A stretch of DNA of 64,000 bases from Sminthopsis crassicaudata (taxonomy: Eukaryota). The notes beneath the pieces were generated by a model, which made no database searches, was not told where the DNA came from, and saw only the letters and a program-made list of their open reading frames with translations. Of this stretch, positions 62,538 through 64,000 are shown in pieces. The DNA lies in assembly GCF_048593235.1 (NCBI RefSeq), contig NC_133619.1:579445963-579509962 (forward strand), written 5' to 3'. A program made the position numbers and the translations under genes. Numbering within the stretch: position 1 is the stretch's first letter; every line of letters begins with the position of its first letter.

Positions 62538-63936
62538 ACGCGGTCCCGGGCTCAGCGACTGCAAAAAAACTGTAGACCTAGAAGGGGGCAGCAAGGTATG
62601 AGACAGTACCAGGCGCTGTGATAAGACCTGGGGAGTAAAATTGGAGAAATTCTTCTAAAATAGACGTAGAGATTTGTGTGTGTTCCTGGAGGTAATAAGG
62701 AGCCACTGAGAAAGGAAAAGAATGAGCCCTGGATTTTCTCTGGTGTACCCCCATATGTGCAGTGCCCTTCCTCAATTCTCACAGATTTTCCTGGCTTCCT
62801 GTTAGTTTCCAAGAAAGCCCCGTCTTCTATAAGAAGGTTTTCCCAGTCTCTTAATTCCGATGCCTTCCCTCTGTTAATTATTTCCTATTTATCTTGTACA
62901 TAATTTGCTGATTGCCTGCATTGAAAAGACTTTTGTGAAAGATAAGGAAATGAAAACAGATTTTTGTTGTTCTGTAGTGTCTTCAGGACCCCATTTTGAT
63001 GTGGGCTGTCTTTTCCCTTCTTCAACTGGGGCATGATCACAGAGCCTTAATATGTGAAGCTGACTTGATTGACAGTGAAGTGGATGAATTATTAAGTACT
63101 AAATCCCCTTTTTAATATTAGTAGCTGAGCAAGGCAGCTGGGGATTATTCGTTCTAAGTCTACAAAATGAATCTGCTTAGTCTTTGCTGCTATACAAGGA
63201 AGCAAGTGAAGTCTCTTGATCTAACTGCTGGCACTTAAGTATGGTTGAGCCCCTGAGCTTTCTGAAAACAGAACATCTTAATTTGCTGAAGCACTTTGGC
63301 CCTATTTCTTTAAGTCATTTTGTGTGTATATGTGTATCTACTAAAAGCACATGGCAGCTTCACTTGCTGGTAAATGGGCAGGAGAGATCCCAAACAAGCA
63401 TTTTTCATTGTAGAGAAAAAAAGAAGTGGTGAGGTTTTCCTGAAGAAAAAGGGGTAAGAAATAACTCACATATTAAAGGTGCATAAGATGAAGAAATACA
63501 TTTGAAACATCCATGTAGAATTAAAATGAGAGACTGAAGGAATCTTATGTTTTAGCTGAATTTTTAAAAGTAGGAAGTACTCATGGAGGATAGAGTAAAG
63601 AGGACAGACAGCCTTAATCGAATTTGAACAGGATAAAGGAAGATTGAGCAGTCCTACACCCTCACACAAATAAGGATCTCTTTTAGAAACAGATTAAACT
63701 CAAAAGGGGATTTGGAAGGGACAGAAACTAGCTAGGGGAAAAGAGGGACTTAAATAAGATAGATAAGAGAACAATCAGTGTTGGGAGTGTTTTGTGAAGA
63801 GATTAAAAGGAAAAGAAAATAAAAACTTGGGAACAGGGAGATAGGATCAGGAGAATAGGTGCAACAGAGCAAAAATTTTTATTGATCACAAGTGTCAGGC
63901 CAACTCCTTTTCTGTTACCATCATTTTATTTTATTT

Positions 63937-64000
63937 CCCCCCCCCCCCCACGCTTGGGTTAAGTGACTTGCCCAGGGTCACACAGCTAGGAAGTGTTAAG
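63937..64000 (-). mobile_element. WSINE1 3' end (runs off the window)
   Basis: gggttaagtgacttgcccagggtcacacagctaggaagtgttaag, preceded by C13. Confidence 0.9.

Larger units (their letters stand above)
61100..62620. promoter_or_regulatory. bidirectional CpG-island promoter: LRRC51 (-) and a + strand gene, by synteny NUMA1
   Basis: ZNF143-type motifs at 61291-302 and 61474-94, NRF1-like TGCGCATGTGCA 61604-15, and CCAAT boxes facing both ways (61251-55, 61638-42). Confidence 0.8.

Overview
Marsupial genomic DNA, most likely dasyuromorph (inferred from WSINE1/MAR1 SINEs, RTE LINEs and the L1 3' UTR type). It is syntenic with human 11q13.4 but shown in reverse. Four complete protein-coding genes could be assembled by hand with canonical GT-AG introns and open frames: ANAPC15 (+, 121 aa), TOMT (-, 258 aa), LAMTOR1 (+, 161 aa) and LRRC51 (-, 193 aa). 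A bidirectional CpG-island promoter at ~61-62.6 kb carries a + strand non-coding first exon that by synteny should belong to NUMA1; no NUMA1 coding sequence is in the window. I found no gene in 1-17.5 kb, which is LTR/ERV remnants, L1, SINEs and one gap. I see no convincing wholly new biological system. The best leads are: (1) TOMT carries a natural Y108R/S112A change in the SAM-binding loop and a degenerate catechol/Mg site, while H183 and deafness-associated residues are intact; (2) the alternative frame that makes the human LRTOMT fusion protein is closed by TAG at codon 5; (3) the LAMTOR1 promoter has a dense array of CLEAR/E-boxes phased with CCAAT boxes; (4) one overlapping hexamer pair could serve as the poly(A) signal for both ANAPC15 and TOMT; (5) several readable retrotransposition events (chimeric L1, triplicated target sites, PBS-bearing ERV relics). 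All protein comparisons are from memory and all motif scans were by eye.
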